The notes under the pieces: generated by a model
What the model saw: only the letters and a program-made list of their open reading frames with translations
Database searches by the model: none
Told to the model about the DNA's origin: nothing
Assembly: GCA_964230645.1 (NCBI GenBank)
Contig: CAXRHT010000001.1
Coordinates: 768,001-832,000 of the forward strand
DNA length: 64,000 nt
Direction: 5' to 3'
From: Bdellovibrionales bacterium
GTDB lineage: Bacteria; Bdellovibrionota; Bdellovibrionia; Bdellovibrionales; JAGQZY01
Shown here: positions 9,073 to 19,900 of the stretch, piece by piece
Layout: every line of letters begins with the position of its first letter
Numbering within the stretch: the first letter of the stretch is position 1
Position numbers and translations under genes: made by a program

Positions 9073-9776
9073 AGAAAATTTCAGTGATCTTGCTAATAAC
9101 GGTTCTCTTACCTCAAAATGTATCTGAACAACCTCTTTTTGACTTTGTGATCTGGAACGTTGGCCAGGGTCTATGGACAAGTTTTATTACTCCCCAGAAC
9201 TGTTTTCATATTGATATGGGAGGCGAAGTTTTCCCTCAACCGGTCGTAAACCTTTGTCGAAAAAAAGACAATTTTTTGATGTTAACTCATGAGGACTGGG
9301 ATCACGTCAACTTTATCTCTCGTTTTAAAAATCAAGTTTTTTCGTTCTGCCTTTTCCCCACAAAACCACCTGCAAAAAGCTACTTGAATTCCCTCACAAA
9401 GTGCTCAAAACCTCTGCCCCCTTTTATAGAGATCGTCTCCCGAGGAAAACCAAAGGGGTCAGAAAATGAGCAGAGTGTGGTGTATTTACTCAAAAATCAG
9501 ATACTGATTCCAGGGGACACCACCAAAAAAGAGGAGATAAAGTGGACTCACACTCTTCCCCGCAAAATCCGCTTTCTCATACTTGCCCATCATGGCAGTA
9601 ACACAAGCACGTCTTCCCAGCTTCTCAGACGAGCTGATTTTAAAATGGCCATTGCTAGCGCCAGAAAGAAACGCTACGGGCATCCTCACCCAAAGGTGCT
9701 ATCAAGACTCAGAAAAGCCCAGGTGGGACTTTTACAAACAGAACAAATGGGGCACATTTATTTAGAGCTCCCATAA
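9069..9776 (+). CDS. ComEC-type metallo-beta-lactamase domain protein (separate C-terminal module)
   Basis: NVGQG, THEDWDH, PGD, HHGS, YGHP motifs; ATGA overlap with comEC. Confidence 0.88.
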   Translation: MKKISVILLITVLLPQNVSEQPLFDFVIWNVGQGLWTSFITPQNCFHIDMGGEVFPQPVVNLCRKKDNFLMLTHEDWDHVNFISRFKNQVFSFCLFPTKPPAKSYLNSLTKCSKPLPPFIEIVSRGKPKGSENEQSVVYLLKNQILIPGDTTKKEEIKWTHTLPRKIRFLILAHHGSNTSTSSQLLRRADFKMAIASARKKRYGHPHPKVLSRLRKAQVGLLQTEQMGHIYLELP

Positions 9777-9812
9777 AAAAAAGCCGAGGACTTGCAGTCA
9801 CCCGGCTTTTTT
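9776..9812. terminator. Bidirectional intrinsic terminator
   Basis: A-tract-GCCG...CGGC-T-tract between convergent genes. Confidence 0.75.
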
Positions 9813-9834
9813 GATCTTCCTACTTTTTAAGTGA

Positions 9835-10950
9835 TTAAATCATTTTAGAAAATGGAACATACTCCATTCCTAGATCAGAGGCCACAGCCTCATAGGTGAC
9901 CTTACCACCGTAAACGTTCACCCCTTTTTCTAGAAGTGGACGAGCCTTTACAGCCTCTTCAAGACCCATTTTAGCGATCAGGGAAGCATAATTGAAAGTA
10001 ACATTTGTCAGAGCGTAGGTTGACGTACGCGCAACAACTCCAGGCATATTAGGTACACAGTAGTGAATGACATCATTAATGGTAAAAGTGGGATGAGTGT
10101 GGCTGGTTGGCTTACAAGTTTCGATACAGCCACCTTGATCGACGGCCACGTCCACGACCACAGAGCCTGGCATCATGCTCTCGATCATATCTTTAGTCAC
10201 AAGCTTAGGAGCTTTACGACCGGCTAACAAAACAGCCCCGATCACAAGGTCGGATTCGGCCACAGAGTCTTCGATGTTTTGTTGATTCGAGTACACAGTA
10301 TTAATTTTACCGGCAAAAATATGATCCAAGTACTCTAAGCGAGAGTGGTTCACATCAAGAATTCTAACTTCAGCTCCCAGTCCCACGGCCATTTGAGCAG
10401 CGTTGGTTCCAACAATTCCGCCACCAAGAATCGTAACACGTCCACGCTTAACACCTGTAACTCCACCGAGAAGGATACCCATCCCCCCTTTGTCTCTTTG
10501 TAGATAAAAAGCACCCACCTGTGTGGCCATACGGCCTGCCACCTCAGACATTGGAGTAAGCAGAGGAAGACTTCCTCTTTCATCTTCAATGGTTTCATAG
10601 GCGACGGCTTTAACATTTTTTTCAACTAACACTTTTGTCAGTTGTGGCTCAGCCGCCAAGTGAAGGTATGTGTATAAAATTTGGTTTTCTTTGAGGAGAT
10701 CGTACTCATCGGGAAGGGGCTCTTTCACCTTGATGATCATGTCAGCCGCTTCATAAATTTCCTTGGCCGTTTCAAGAAGTTTGGCACCCGCTTCCACGTA
10801 GTCTTCGTTGGTAATCCAGCAACCAAGCCCGGCATCTTTTTGCACATAAACGGTATGACCCTGGTGAACCAACTGGCGCACACCCGCTTCTGTTAAGCCC
10901 ACTCGATTTTCACTAATTTTAATCTCTTTTGGAACACCGATAATCATCAT
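9835..10950 (-). CDS. ald: Alanine dehydrogenase
   Basis: IGVPKEIKISENRVGLT, KVKEP, YLHLA, PMSEVAGR, GGGIVG, DVAVDQGG, VPNMPG. Confidence 0.96.
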   Translation of the reverse strand: MMIIGVPKEIKISENRVGLTEAGVRQLVHQGHTVYVQKDAGLGCWITNEDYVEAGAKLLETAKEIYEAADMIIKVKEPLPDEYDLLKENQILYTYLHLAAEPQLTKVLVEKNVKAVAYETIEDERGSLPLLTPMSEVAGRMATQVGAFYLQRDKGGMGILLGGVTGVKRGRVTILGGGIVGTNAAQMAVGLGAEVRILDVNHSRLEYLDHIFAGKINTVYSNQQNIEDSVAESDLVIGAVLLAGRKAPKLVTKDMIESMMPGSVVVDVAVDQGGCIETCKPTSHTHPTFTINDVIHYCVPNMPGVVARTSTYALTNVTFNYASLIAKMGLEEAVKARPLLEKGVNVYGGKVTYEAVASDLGMEYVPFSKMI

Positions 10951-11118
10951 TCACTCCTTAGCCCAAGAAGACTTTTACACCTCTCTAGGGGCTCATTTCG
11001 ACCTGGTCCGTCGACCCAAAAATTAACGTTCATGGTGGGAGTACCTTTAGGACCACAAAGGGTCAAGTCATTCCGCCAACTTGCAGGGGAACTGTCTAAG
11101 ACTGTCATAGTGTAATTC

Positions 11119-12027
11119 TTAGGCGCGCCCGCTAAAGGGTAACTCAAAGCTTTCAAACTCTGGCAGGCCTCCACCAAGTTCGAGCTCCTGGTAGCTATCA
11201 GGGGTGTCTAAGATCTTTTTTACCAGTTGGTTTAAAAGATCATGACCGGCTTTATAAAGAACCACATGGCCCATAAGAGGACGCCCAAGAGTCATCAAAT
11301 CACCTAAGGCATCCATGGCTTTATGACGGACGAATTCGTTCTCGTAGCGAAGCCCCTCGGGGTTCACAATCGTCGTTTCATCCACAGCAATAGCGTTCTC
11401 TAGTGAAGCTCCCATCGCTAAGCCCATTTCTCGCATTTTCTCGATATCTTTTACGAAACCAAAAGTTCGGGCTGGGGCCAATTCTTTAGCAAAGGTGTGC
11501 TCATTGATATCCACATCCACAAACTGTTGTCCGATCATTTTATGATCAAAATCGATGGTGCAGCTCACTCGAAGGCCATTATAAGGCACAACATAGGCAT
11601 GCTTCTCTTCGGTTCCACAGTAGATCGGCTTTGTAATATAAACGTATTTTCTTGGCTCGGATTGTTCAATGGTGCCTACTTTACGAATCTCATCCATAAA
11701 TACTTTGGCACTTCCGTCGCCGATGGGAATTTCACTGCCCTTAAGCTCCAAATAAACATTATCAATTCGAAAAGCGGCTAGAGTGGACAGACAATGCTCA
11801 ACGGTGGAAACCATGAAACGATCCGTCCCTAAAGTTGTGGCAAGAGATGTGGCTTTGACATGATCTACATGAATGGGAACTGAAGGACAGCCCTCAAGAT
11901 CCGTACGTACCAAATGAATGCCTGCGTTGGCCGGGGCCGGACAAAAAGAAAGGGAAGTTTCGATCCCTTTATGGAGTCCCACTCCTTTAATAATCGCTTT
12001 GTTTTTCAACGTCTTCTGCAGATACAA
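11119..12027 (-). CDS. lpxC: UDP-3-O-acyl-N-acetylglucosamine deacetylase
   Basis: QKTL..GVGLH.G, STVEH, DGSA, ARTFGF, RHKAMD..GDL, AGH. Confidence 0.96.
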   Translation of the reverse strand: MYLQKTLKNKAIIKGVGLHKGIETSLSFCPAPANAGIHLVRTDLEGCPSVPIHVDHVKATSLATTLGTDRFMVSTVEHCLSTLAAFRIDNVYLELKGSEIPIGDGSAKVFMDEIRKVGTIEQSEPRKYVYITKPIYCGTEEKHAYVVPYNGLRVSCTIDFDHKMIGQQFVDVDINEHTFAKELAPARTFGFVKDIEKMREMGLAMGASLENAIAVDETTIVNPEGLRYENEFVRHKAMDALGDLMTLGRPLMGHVVLYKAGHDLLNQLVKKILDTPDSYQELELGGGLPEFESFELPFSGRA

Positions 12028-12034
12028 CTTTCAC

Positions 12035-13039
12035 CTACAATGATTGGAAGTGTTTTTTCCCTAGATCCGTAATCACTCGTCCACGAGGGGTTTTTTGAAT
12101 CAAGCCCTCTTGGATCAGATAAGGTTCATAAACCTCTTCAATCGTTCCTTTGTCTTCAGATAAACCAGCGGATAATGTTTCAATTCCGACAGGCCCACCC
12201 GCAAATTTGTTTAAGATTATACCTAGAACTTTGCGATCCATGTCGTCAAGTCCCAGATGATCCACTTCCATCTTATCGAGAGCTTTCTCAGCCAACTCTT
12301 TGTCAATTTTACCATTGTTTTGAACTTGAGCAAAATCTCTTACTCTTTTCAGTAAACGGTTGGCGATACGGGGGGTTCCCCGACTTCTCCGGGCAATCTC
12401 TAAAGCCCCCTCGTCAGCAAGCTCCACATCCAAAAGATGGGAAGAGCGCTCTAGGATTTGGATAAGTTCCTTTTTCTCATAAAATGAAAGCCTTTCCACA
12501 ATTCCAAAGCGATCGCGGAAAGGACCATTCAGAAGTCCCGCCCGTGTCGTGGCTCCAATGAGTGTGAAGGGAGCCAGCTGAAATTTCATGGAACGGGCAC
12601 CAAGCCCTTCACCCGTCATGATATCGAGATAAAAATCTTCCATCGCACTGTAAAGGTACTCCTCCACTGTGCGATTAAGACGATGGATCTCATCAATAAA
12701 TAAAATGGAGTGCTCATTAAGGCTCGTTAATAAGGCGGCTAGATCTCCCTTTTTATCAAGAGCGGGTCCTGAGGTGGTTTTAATTTCCACACCCATCTCT
12801 TTCGCCAATAAGAAAGCCAAAGTCGTCTTTCCAAGCCCTGGAGGGCCTGAGAAAAGGATATGATCAATGGGCTCGTTTCTTTTCTTTGCCGCTTCAATAT
12901 AAATTTTAAGTTTCTCGACAATCTTGGTTTGCCCGGGAAAGTCGTCAAATTGACTGGGACGCAAATTGTTTTCCCAATGACCTTCGCTGGGAATCTCGCT
13001 GGCCGATAAACTTTGATTTTCTCTAATGGAAGAATCCAC
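12035..13039 (-). CDS. ruvB: Holliday junction branch migration helicase RuvB
   Basis: [50 protein letters not shown]. Confidence 0.97.
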   Translation of the reverse strand: MDSSIRENQSLSASEIPSEGHWENNLRPSQFDDFPGQTKIVEKLKIYIEAAKKRNEPIDHILFSGPPGLGKTTLAFLLAKEMGVEIKTTSGPALDKKGDLAALLTSLNEHSILFIDEIHRLNRTVEEYLYSAMEDFYLDIMTGEGLGARSMKFQLAPFTLIGATTRAGLLNGPFRDRFGIVERLSFYEKKELIQILERSSHLLDVELADEGALEIARRSRGTPRIANRLLKRVRDFAQVQNNGKIDKELAEKALDKMEVDHLGLDDMDRKVLGIILNKFAGGPVGIETLSAGLSEDKGTIEEVYEPYLIQEGLIQKTPRGRVITDLGKKHFQSL

Positions 13040-13055
13040 AATGACTCCTTAAAAA

Positions 13056-13631
13056 TTAACGGGAAAGCAGACGAAGACTTTCGCGAACCCCTTCTTCAAA
13101 CTCAACATCTTTGGGGAGGTTGTAGACGACCTCTTCGACTTCTGCACTTCGAAAACCCAGATGAGTAAGAGCCGAGAGAATCTCTTGATGGGGCTTAGGC
13201 GCTTTGTTTTGAGGATTTTCTTTTTGTTTGTCTAAGACCAAATCCCCTTTCAAGGTGAGGATCATCTGTTCCGCCGTCTTTTTTCCCACCTTCGGTAAAG
13301 CCGTGAGAGCTTTGACATCTTTAGCCTCAATGGCATCGATAATGTGATCAAGACTGGCTCCTGAAAGAATTTGAATGGCCATTTTCGGACCAATTCCTTT
13401 AACTTTAGTGAGACTTAAAAAAAGCTTTTTCTCCACTTTACTAGAAAAGCCGAAAAGAGTGAGTTGATCCTCTCTTACGTGGGTATAGATCCAAAGCTGC
13501 ACCACCTTGCGATCGGCCACATCATCAACGGTGTTCGTTGAGCAAGTGATCTCATAGCCCACCCCTCGACACAAAATTGTGAGCACACCTTCTTCGTTAT
13601 CTATAATTTGCCCTGACAAAAATGAAATCAT
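13056..13631 (-). CDS. ruvA: Holliday junction branch migration protein RuvA
   Basis: GVGYEI, HVRED..LFGF, GIGPKMA, VGKKTAE. Confidence 0.96.
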   Translation of the reverse strand: MISFLSGQIIDNEEGVLTILCRGVGYEITCSTNTVDDVADRKVVQLWIYTHVREDQLTLFGFSSKVEKKLFLSLTKVKGIGPKMAIQILSGASLDHIIDAIEAKDVKALTALPKVGKKTAEQMILTLKGDLVLDKQKENPQNKAPKPHQEILSALTHLGFRSAEVEEVVYNLPKDVEFEEGVRESLRLLSR

Positions 13632-14134
13632 CGCATCTCCATTCCCCGCTGTTTGCGAGTCACACTATGGTGCAAAACATGACAAAAAGCGAGAGCTAGT
13701 GCATCGGAGGCGTCCATGGGGAGTCCTTGATCCCTTAGGCCAAGTTGTTGATATAAAAAGGTTTTGACCATCTCTTTACTCGCACTGCCGGAACCCGTGA
13801 CCTGTTTTTTCACGGTACGAGCGGCATATTCCTTGATTTCCGCCCCACCCGCAATACATTGCGCCGCGCAAATCCCACGCACATGGCCTAATTTGAAGGC
13901 ACTGTCTACATTTTTACCTAAAAAGATTTTTTCAATCGAGGCGACTTGAGGCCTCTCCTGTTGAATCAAATGGCCCAATTCAACATTGATGGCGTGAAGA
14001 CGCTCAAACAAAGTTCCTTTTTTGGGGGCACTAATACATCCCCTTTTGACATGAACAACTTTTTGATTGTTATCAAGCTCGATCAATCCCCAGCCTAAAA
14101 TCAATGTTCCTGGATCGATTCCCAATACTTTCAT
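13628..14134 (-). CDS. ruvC: Holliday junction resolvase RuvC
   Basis: LGIDPG, IE..F, VKKQVTGSG.ASK, DASDALALA. Confidence 0.96.
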   Translation of the reverse strand: MKVLGIDPGTLILGWGLIELDNNQKVVHVKRGCISAPKKGTLFERLHAINVELGHLIQQERPQVASIEKIFLGKNVDSAFKLGHVRGICAAQCIAGGAEIKEYAARTVKKQVTGSGSASKEMVKTFLYQQLGLRDQGLPMDASDALALAFCHVLHHSVTRKQRGMEMR

Positions 14135-14196
14135 AGGCCCATCCTACCTTGAAGAACATTGCTTTCCCACCCAATTAATGAAAAAATTATTATGTT

Positions 14197-14961
14197 ATGA
14201 GTCAGGTGGATCCACAGAAAGTCGAAGAGCTGCAAATGCTCCTACTAAAAAACCCTCGTTCCCCAGCCTTTGCTAATCTTGCAGAGGCATACTGGAAAAT
14301 GGGAATGCTCGAGGAGGCTTTAGAGGTCACTTCCAAAGGGGTGCGCCATAATCCGGAGTACGTCTCGGGACTTGTTGCCCACGGGAAAATTCTATTTGAG
14401 CTCAAAGATTATAAAGATGCCATCCGAGTTTTAACAAAAGCTCATCTATTAAATCCGGAAAACCTTTTGGCCATCCGCCTCCTCGCTCATTGTTTTGTAA
14501 AAACCAAAGAGCATCTTGAAGCCCTCTCTCTTTTTAAAAAATTGCTTATGCTTAAGCCTAACGATGCCTCCGCCCAAAAGTTCGTTAAAGACTGGGAGTT
14601 TCTTGAAAACGTGGACGACGACCTTACCGACCGTAGTTTTGAACTGAATGATTATGGTCACTGGATTGCCAAACTCCCCAATGAACACCAGGTCCTACAC
14701 CTAATCGACTCTTTCATGAACCGAGGAGAGAATCAGAATGCCATGGACGTTGTTGACATGGCTTTGGCCCATCGGGGAGAAACTCCAGGGGTCCGAAAAC
14801 GCAAAGACCTTCTCAGAGAAGTCATGGACGAGGAAAGTGAAAGTGTCTCAGAGACTGAGGAAAATCCGGCTCTCTACTTTCTCCGCAAAAAACGCAATCT
14901 GTACGAGAAATGGCTGCATCGCATCGAAGAATTGAAAGCTCAAAATAGCCAACAGACCTAA
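14197..14961 (+). CDS. Tetratricopeptide repeat protein
   Basis: TPR-like helices (FANLAEAYWKMG.LEEA...G..HNPEY). Confidence 0.8.
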   Translation: MSQVDPQKVEELQMLLLKNPRSPAFANLAEAYWKMGMLEEALEVTSKGVRHNPEYVSGLVAHGKILFELKDYKDAIRVLTKAHLLNPENLLAIRLLAHCFVKTKEHLEALSLFKKLLMLKPNDASAQKFVKDWEFLENVDDDLTDRSFELNDYGHWIAKLPNEHQVLHLIDSFMNRGENQNAMDVVDMALAHRGETPGVRKRKDLLREVMDEESESVSETEENPALYFLRKKRNLYEKWLHRIEELKAQNSQQT

Positions 14962-15113
14962 TTTTTTTTAGAGCCTCAAACACTCCCTTGAAAACTCTGA
15001 GCCCCTCGATTAGCTTGTTAGTCTCTTTAACTGGGGACTTTTTGAACTTTATTTTCTTATTTATCAAAGATAAATAAAGAGCAATAATCCCGAAAATAGA
15101 AATAGGAATTTTC

Positions 15114-15677
15114 ATGTATCAGACATCCGATTTTAAAAAAGGTCTAAAAATTTTACTCGAAGGGCAACCCTATTCGATCGTTGATTTTCAACATGTAAAA
15201 CCAGGTAAGGGAAACCAATTTACCCGAACCAAATTAAAAAACATGCTAACGGGCTCGAACTTAGAAAAGACCTTCAAGTCCGGTGAAAAATTTGAAGTTC
15301 CCGATGTTATGACTCGTGATTGCCAATATCTTTACAAAGATGAAAACGGCTACCACTTTATGGACAAAGAGAACTACAGCCAAATAGCCATGCACGACGA
15401 TGATATTGGTGACAACGCCTACTACTTAATTGAAAACATGGACACGACTCTTCTGTTTTTCAATGACCGCGCCATTGATGTGGCCGTTCCTAACACTGTG
15501 GTTTTAAAAGTCACCCAGACTGACCCTGGACTAAAGGGTAATACTGTTACTGGTGGATCAAAACCCGCCGTTATGGAAACAGGTCTCACTGTGACAGTTC
15601 CACTTCATATCAATGAAGGAGATATGTTAAAAATTGACACTCGCACCGCTGAGTATATTGAGCGTTCGAATTCTTAA
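15114..15677 (+). CDS. efp: Elongation factor P
   Basis: HVKPGKG, PGLKGNT, KPA.METG, VPLHI..GD..KIDTR. Confidence 0.97.
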   Translation: MYQTSDFKKGLKILLEGQPYSIVDFQHVKPGKGNQFTRTKLKNMLTGSNLEKTFKSGEKFEVPDVMTRDCQYLYKDENGYHFMDKENYSQIAMHDDDIGDNAYYLIENMDTTLLFFNDRAIDVAVPNTVVLKVTQTDPGLKGNTVTGGSKPAVMETGLTVTVPLHINEGDMLKIDTRTAEYIERSNS

Positions 15678-15874
15678 AAAAAACTTTTCTTATTGGCCGG
15701 AAGTCTTGAAAAATTTCAGGCTCACCGCAAGCTTATAAACAGCAAGACTTTCGGTGGGCCAAACCCATAAAATCGACTTTCGGCGCGCTTTGACGCATGT
15801 TAGCAGACAGTCCCAAAATTAAACGACATAATATAGATGAGAACCCACTTCCCGTTCAACTTTGAGGTGCTACA

Positions 15875-16903
15875 TTGTCCAAACCGTGGAAGCCGTCTAT
15901 TGCCACCTTTCTCAATGGAGGAAAGGAAAAAGACTTAAAAGACGCTTTAAGAAAAGATTGGTTCGATTTTTATCCTGAGGATAAAATGGAAATCTTTCAC
16001 TTTCTTCACCTGGCAAAACAGTACAAACTCTTTCTGTATTTTTTTGCTATTGATTTACAAAGCCAAATCACAGACCTTCCTTGGATTTCATTTTTACAAA
16101 TCTTGGACACTGAAAAAATTAATATTCCTGATTCTCACTTTGACGAAATGATCAGAAACTTTAAAAAACAGCAGCTTATTTCCAATAAAGCCTCTTCAAA
16201 AGAGCAGGTCATCAAAGAGCTAAAGGCAAGGCGACGGTTTCGATTCCTGCAAAGAGTGACTAAACACAAGCAGGAGCTGATCGCCTCGGCACGAATTGCT
16301 GAATCCGAACAACTCATGGAACAGCATATGACCTATATGAACGAACTCAAAAAAATCTCTCCGAGTGAGTTTCGCCTTAAAAGTCTTATTTCTGATCGAG
16401 ACAAACGAAAAGCAGAACAAATCATTCGAAGCCGTATGACCCGTAAATCCAGCAGCCTGCATGAAGACTCTCAGATTCTTGATAAAGAAGAAATGGAGCT
16501 AATCAATCGTTTAAAAGAGCAGGCCAGTGGCTTTTTGAAAAATAAGAAGGTCAACCCGGAGGATTTCGCTTATCTTTTTAGAACTTTAGGGGACGGAAAA
16601 TTGGCCGTTGATTTTATTTATCAGAATCAAGATGAGGGCAAAAAAGATTGGCAGCTTCTTGATTACCTTTTTAATGGCAAACAATATGTGGCCCTTCTTG
16701 ATCATTGCCAAACTCTTAAAGAAAAATACTCAGAAAAACCCGATGCACTCTTTTCTATTTCCTACGCTGAATCCATAGCCTATTGGGAATTGGGGGAAAA
16801 GGAAAGAGCCTTTGACCTTATGAAACAAATCAGTTCGATGCGGCCGAATTTCAAATCAGCCTCCGAAACTCTAGCCCAGTGGAGAGAGGACGGATTTGAG
16901 TAA
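15875..16903 (+). CDS. Helical hypothetical protein with a C-terminal TPR-like repeat
   Basis: Long ORF; GAGGTG RBS before TTG; overlaps the tamB start. Confidence 0.7.
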   Translation: MSKPWKPSIATFLNGGKEKDLKDALRKDWFDFYPEDKMEIFHFLHLAKQYKLFLYFFAIDLQSQITDLPWISFLQILDTEKINIPDSHFDEMIRNFKKQQLISNKASSKEQVIKELKARRRFRFLQRVTKHKQELIASARIAESEQLMEQHMTYMNELKKISPSEFRLKSLISDRDKRKAEQIIRSRMTRKSSSLHEDSQILDKEEMELINRLKEQASGFLKNKKVNPEDFAYLFRTLGDGKLAVDFIYQNQDEGKKDWQLLDYLFNGKQYVALLDHCQTLKEKYSEKPDALFSISYAESIAYWELGEKERAFDLMKQISSMRPNFKSASETLAQWREDGFE

Positions 16904-19900
16904 CAAAGGTAAGATTTTTCTTTATAGTTTTCTCATCCTGTTAGCGGCGGGCTTTTCCTACCTCTATATTTGGGAGAAGCCAAAACTTGAAAGGGTGGTC
17001 GAACTCTACGTTGAAAACTTCAGTCAAAAAGACGATATTCCCTTTACAATCGATATTGGCCGTACAAATTTTTCGATCTTTCCACTTCAGCTTGAACTCT
17101 ACAACACCAAATTTGGACCCAAAAAAGATCTTCGAAAATACACAGGGGAATTTCGCATTGAAAAGGTTTCTTTGCGTCCGAGCTTTTTTGATCTGCTTGT
17201 CGGTAAGTTTTGGCTGAGTCTACTAAAAATTGAAGGTTCAACACTGGATTTAAACATCCCAGCCTCTGCCCAGAGTGCTGATATGCCAGACACTGATTTT
17301 GAACTCAATTCCATCCTTAAGAGAATACCTATCTCTGAAATCAATATCCAAAACTTCAAAGTCAACGCCAACTACCAGGACAAATACTTTGTGACGACTG
17401 AAAGTTTATACGTAAAAGCCTATAATGAGAAAAGTAGCCTGATCGTCACAGTCAAAGATCCTAACCTTGGGGTCCGTAAAGACAAAAAGCAAAAACCTTT
17501 GAATTTCCTCACAGAATTTCAGTTGATGGTTACCTCAAACACAGTGTCTCTGTCTAAGGTAAAGCTAGTAAAGGAAACGTCCTATTTTCTCGCCTCTGGA
17601 AACTTCACCTACGATAATAGTCCTGAGAATATCGAAGAGCTTAATATCAACACCAGAATCAACTCCAACTTCTCGGACATCAATCGCTGGGTCAATCTTC
17701 TTCATAAAACCGACGCTTTGGATATCCTGAAAGGCAATATTAAAACGGACTTTCATTTCACCAAGAAAAATAAAAAACAAGATATTGTCACAGAAGTGGA
17801 CGGGGATTTTAATAAACTTCAAATTGAAAATGTGATTTTAGGTGATTTAAAGGTCAACGCCAAACTGCCTGACACTAAACACTTGGTTATCGAAAGAGTA
17901 GAGGCGAACCTTTCTGGAGACAACAAAGCTATTATTGATAATATTCGGGTCAATATCGGCGAGGATAAGACAACTTTCCAGGCTGGAGTGCAAGTCAAAC
18001 AAGCTCAGCTCCACAGTTTCCTCCGCGACTCAACCATTGCCGATATTCCTGTCTGGTTACAAGTTGACGGCAGTGTTAAATGTGAAGGAGTTTTTGAGAA
18101 AAACCTTAAAGTAGAATGTCCAGGGGCTGCAACCGTTTCAAATATTAAGATCCAAAATGGAGAAAGAACTAAAAATATAGTAGCCGCGAAAAAAGCCGAG
18201 ATCGCTGGCACAATGACAATCACAGAAAAAAATATCTCCTACAAAGCTCAAGCCCAAATACAGTCAATCAAAGGAAAGTCTTCGGGTGTGATCAGCTACG
18301 AAAAAGGCTTTGATATCCAATATGAGAGTGAAAACTTAAATCTTGCGGAAATTAGCCCCATTGCCGATTTGCAATTTGCAGGGATGGCAAAAACCAAAGG
18401 TTCCACCAAAGGAAACAGTGACTGGGCCACATTCCAAATGGACATCTCTGCAAGTCAGTTTGAATTCGAACAGTATTTTTTCGGCGAAATTTCTACCCAA
18501 TTAAAATACAAGAGCGGGACTCTTTTCTTTGAAAAGCTCAAAGGAAATATTGAGTCCACACGTTATCAAGGCATGCTCAACGTTAATCTGACTGAAGAGA
18601 ATATAAAAGGAGATATCCAACTCCCCTTCTTCCGCATGGCTGATATTCAGCAATCCATCCTTAAAAAGGTGGACCTTGAAGATCGCTTCCTTGGTTCTGG
18701 CTCAGGACGCATTCAACTCAATACACCCTTTGACGTTGACCAACTCAACTTTATTCTAGATGCAAGACTTTTTAAAGGTGAAGCCTTTGGGGAACAATAC
18801 AATGAAGCTAGCCTAGAAGCTGAAAGTGTTGATGGAATCATTATCCTACAACAATGTCTCCTTGAGAAAGAAAAATCAAAAATTCGTCTGAAAGGAACCA
18901 TTGATACCCAATTAGAGAGCAACATTAACTTTTCTGTTTCCAATGGCTTTTTGCAGCACTCAACAATCTTAAAAGAGCAAGAACTTCCTATCTCGGGAAC
19001 ATTCCAGGCTCAGGGCGAAATCCTCGGAAACCTCGGTAGTCCGGTCATAAAAACGAAGGCCAAAATATCGCAGTTGATTTTCAATAAAAAGAAATACAAA
19101 GACGCTATATTTGCTTACGACAACTCGAACAAACAGACCAATCTTCAATTCAATATTCCTGAGCAGTTGGAGTTTCTAGTCATCCTTCCTGAGTCCGACC
19201 TCAAGAGTCTTTTTGTTGACGTCAATGCCAATCAACTTGATATCGCCCCCATTTTAGGGTTTGTGGTTTCAGAGGACTCCACACGAAGCTATGTCATAGA
19301 AACCTCGGGGGAGATCTCCGGAAATTTTGACACTCGAAATTTTTGGAACTCTGAATTTTCTTCTACAATTCGAAATATCTCACTGAACTACAAAGCTAAT
19401 AAAATAGAGACCACCATTCCGACAAACATAGAACTAAAGAATGGAAAACTCTTTTTGAATGAAATCAGCGTGCTTGGTAATAGACAATTTCTCAAGGTTA
19501 CTCAACCTTACACAGAAGAGTTTCGCACCAAATTTATTATAAACTCACGTATGAACATTGCGTTTTTTAAGATCTTTGCTCCTTTTATTGAAAAAATTGA
19601 TGGCTACTCCACTTTGCGACTGGAGCTTACTGTTGATCGTGATCAAATGAAACTTATTGGTTCTTCCTACACAACCGATAGTTTTTTAAAGTTTCCAGGC
19701 TTTCCTCATCCTCTTGAGGATATCTCCGCAGACATTTTGTTCAACCAGAATAAAGTACTCATAAACTCCATCTCCGGGCAAATGGCTGGCGGGAATGTTC
19801 GGGGAAGTGGCGAGGTCCGACTCCCAGGGGATGGAAAGTTTGATATTGAAATCAACACAAATATAGAAAACGCCAATATTGATTTTCCTGAGGGTTTTAA

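Noticed and set aside
10947..11177. 76-aa ORF or riboswitch between lpxC and ald
   Set aside because: The ORF overlaps the lpxC end; no riboswitch consensus recognised; probably the ald promoter region.
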